Source: Minisyncoccota bacterium
GTDB lineage: Bacteria; Patescibacteriota; Minisyncoccia; Phycocordibacterales; XYD1-FULL-46-19
NCBI GenBank assembly: GCA_041663165.1
Contig: JBAZRF010000003.1
Location: forward strand, 11,364-75,363
DNA length: 64,000 nt
Direction: 5' to 3'
The notes below the pieces were generated by a model. That model saw only the letters and a program-made list of their open reading frames with translations. It was not told the DNA's origin and made no database searches. Made by a program: the position numbers and the translations under genes. Positions 62,576 to 64,000 of this stretch are shown here, one piece after another (within the stretch, counting starts at the first letter, position 1; every line of letters starts with the position of its first letter).

Positions 62576-63931
62576 ATGACAAAGAAACGTTTGTTTGTTC
62601 TAGGGGCGCATGTAGTTTTAATAATGCTTTTGCTTGTTTCGGTTGCCTCGGCGCAATTTACAAGAATAGAGGGTGATCCAGACGGACTAGGCTATGGTTA
62701 TGGTTACGGATTCGGCGAAGGTTACGGCTGGGACGCCAGTCTTGATTATATGGCAGGAATCAGACTAACTTCTGAGTTGGCCAATGATGTTTATGGCTAT
62801 GGTTACGGTTATGGTTATTTGGATTCTTCGATTTATAATCCTTCTTCCGATATATTCGGTATTGATGGCGCAGACCCGTCAAGTTTCATGTTATTAATAA
62901 TCGGCGGTGTTGCAGGTGTCGATGGGCTTGAATTGTCGGTTGATCCCGAAGGGGCGCCTACTTTTACCGGGATAACCTTTTATGTTCCGGTGGAGTTCAC
63001 CATTGGCAGCGGTAGTACGGTTGAGGGGGGAGAAAACACCTGTTTCAGCTCGACTGTTCCTCTTGACCGTACTGATCCGAGCGCTAGTTTAATTGGCGTG
63101 GCCGGTATCCCGGTCGTTGATCCTCCTACTGGTTACTCAGCAATAAGCGGAAGTTCCTTGTTGTTTGGCTTACCGAGTTATGGCTTAACTGTTAGCCCGG
63201 CGATTACCATCAACATAAATGTTGGTTCCCGTTATAACGGCACGACTCTTAGTGTCCTGCATAAAGCGGTGGGTGGTCATTGGGTATTGTTAGCAACCTG
63301 TGCGGTTACGGCTAATGTTTGCTCCTTCCAGACAGCGCACTTATCATCATTTGCGGTTGCAACTTATACGGCGCCAGCAGCAGCCCGTCATCTTGGCGGT
63401 AGCGGTGGCAACAATTTGACTGTTCCCGGGGTAACCAGCTCGACAACCGCCGTTTCTATTCCCGTTATCACTAAGGTCTTAAGGTATAAAATGATAAGTA
63501 AGGAAGTTAATTTATTGCAACAACTACTAAAAGGTCTTGACTATTTGTCAATAAAAAACACCACTAATTATTTTGGAGTAACAACCCGAGATGCCCTTAA
63601 AAGGTATCAGAAAGATCGTCGTTTAAGAGCTTCTGGTATCACCGATGTTCCTACTCGAGCTTTCCTAAATCAAGATCTGGCGAATCCACTTCTAGCCAAG
63701 CACGCGGTCATTAATCAGCTCACCAAAAATCTTGCTTATAAATCTACCGGGTCAATGGTCAAGTCATTGCAGGAAAAACTGAAAAAACTTGGCTACTTTG
63801 CGGGAGAAACTACCAATTATTATGGTTTGGTTACTAAAAAAGCCGTGACCGATTTCCAAAAGAAGATGGGAATTAAACCAGCGAACGGACTTGTTGGTTC
63901 TACAACTCGAGCGACATTAAATAGCCTTTAA
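62576..63931 (+). CDS. Secreted GYG-repeat protein with two C-terminal peptidoglycan-binding (PG_binding_1-like) domains
   Basis: Signal peptide; GYGYGYGFGEGYGW and GYGYGYGY repeats; two repeats of the L..LK.LGY....T.YG..T..A...FQ...G pattern. Confidence 0.6.
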   Translation: MTKKRLFVLGAHVVLIMLLLVSVASAQFTRIEGDPDGLGYGYGYGFGEGYGWDASLDYMAGIRLTSELANDVYGYGYGYGYLDSSIYNPSSDIFGIDGADPSSFMLLIIGGVAGVDGLELSVDPEGAPTFTGITFYVPVEFTIGSGSTVEGGENTCFSSTVPLDRTDPSASLIGVAGIPVVDPPTGYSAISGSSLLFGLPSYGLTVSPAITININVGSRYNGTTLSVLHKAVGGHWVLLATCAVTANVCSFQTAHLSSFAVATYTAPAAARHLGGSGGNNLTVPGVTSSTTAVSIPVITKVLRYKMISKEVNLLQQLLKGLDYLSIKNTTNYFGVTTRDALKRYQKDRRLRASGITDVPTRAFLNQDLANPLLAKHAVINQLTKNLAYKSTGSMVKSLQEKLKKLGYFAGETTNYYGLVTKKAVTDFQKKMGIKPANGLVGSTTRATLNSL

Positions 63932-64000
63932 TTTCCCTTCTCTCTCTTTTTTCGCTAGAATCAACTGATGGGGTTATCTATCGGGATAGTTGGTCTACCA

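Noticed and set aside
1-64000. Stop-codon reassignment (UGA=Gly, as in some CPR lineages) or global TAG reassignment
   Set aside because: TGA clearly ends dus and the wzt-like gene. TAG ends ppsA and the dehydrogenase. So the standard code applies and the dnaX TAG is a local anomaly.
1-64000. CRISPR arrays, rRNA genes, integrase or transposase genes
   Set aside because: No regularly spaced direct repeats, no rRNA-like conserved stretches and no recombinase or transposase motifs were seen in any long ORF.

Overview
This 64-kb window comes from an AT-moderate bacterium with compact gene spacing. Many proteins are small or hypothetical and the tRNAs do not encode CCA, which suggests a reduced-genome lineage such as CPR/Patescibacteria; that is inference only. 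TGA and TAG are both used as stop codons, so the genetic code is standard. Most genes lie on the plus strand and are housekeeping: a partial dacA-like DD-carboxypeptidase, an LD-transpeptidase/DD-carboxypeptidase fusion, dus, dnaX (with an internal in-frame TAG), pepF, typA, a DnaQ-like exonuclease, cyclophilin, prmC, glutaredoxin, a short pyrophosphatase-like protein, an HI0933-family flavoprotein, ppsA, a D-2-hydroxyacid dehydrogenase, tgt, uvrB, an ABC exporter, uvrA, uvrC, a histidine kinase, a receiver protein and ddl. RNA genes are tRNA-Gln and two tandem tRNA-Ala. Four things stand out. (1) A family of short palindromic elements built on GAAGTCG...CGACTTC is inserted in-frame inside dus, prmC, the dehydrogenase, tgt and uvrC, in the manner of Rickettsia palindromic elements. 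(2) Several GC-rich mini-islands carry single small ORFs with strong GGAAGGAGG Shine-Dalgarno sites, some flanked by direct repeats. This includes a two-cassette array delimited by three copies of the flavoprotein gene's 3-prime end. (3) A 37-nt hairpin repeat brackets a 3.7-kb block that encodes a secreted beta-helix/lipase protein. (4) The last 16 kb is an envelope-glycan island. It holds a GtrA-like protein, a Wzm/Wzt-type ABC-2 exporter and an 1878-aa single polypeptide that fuses sulfotransferase, coiled-coil, methyltransferase and four glycosyltransferase domains. GT4, GT2 and GT-C membrane glycosyltransferases follow, then a secreted GYG-repeat protein with two peptidoglycan-binding domains. 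This island is the best candidate for an undescribed system. No CRISPR array, rRNA, integrase or transposase gene was seen.
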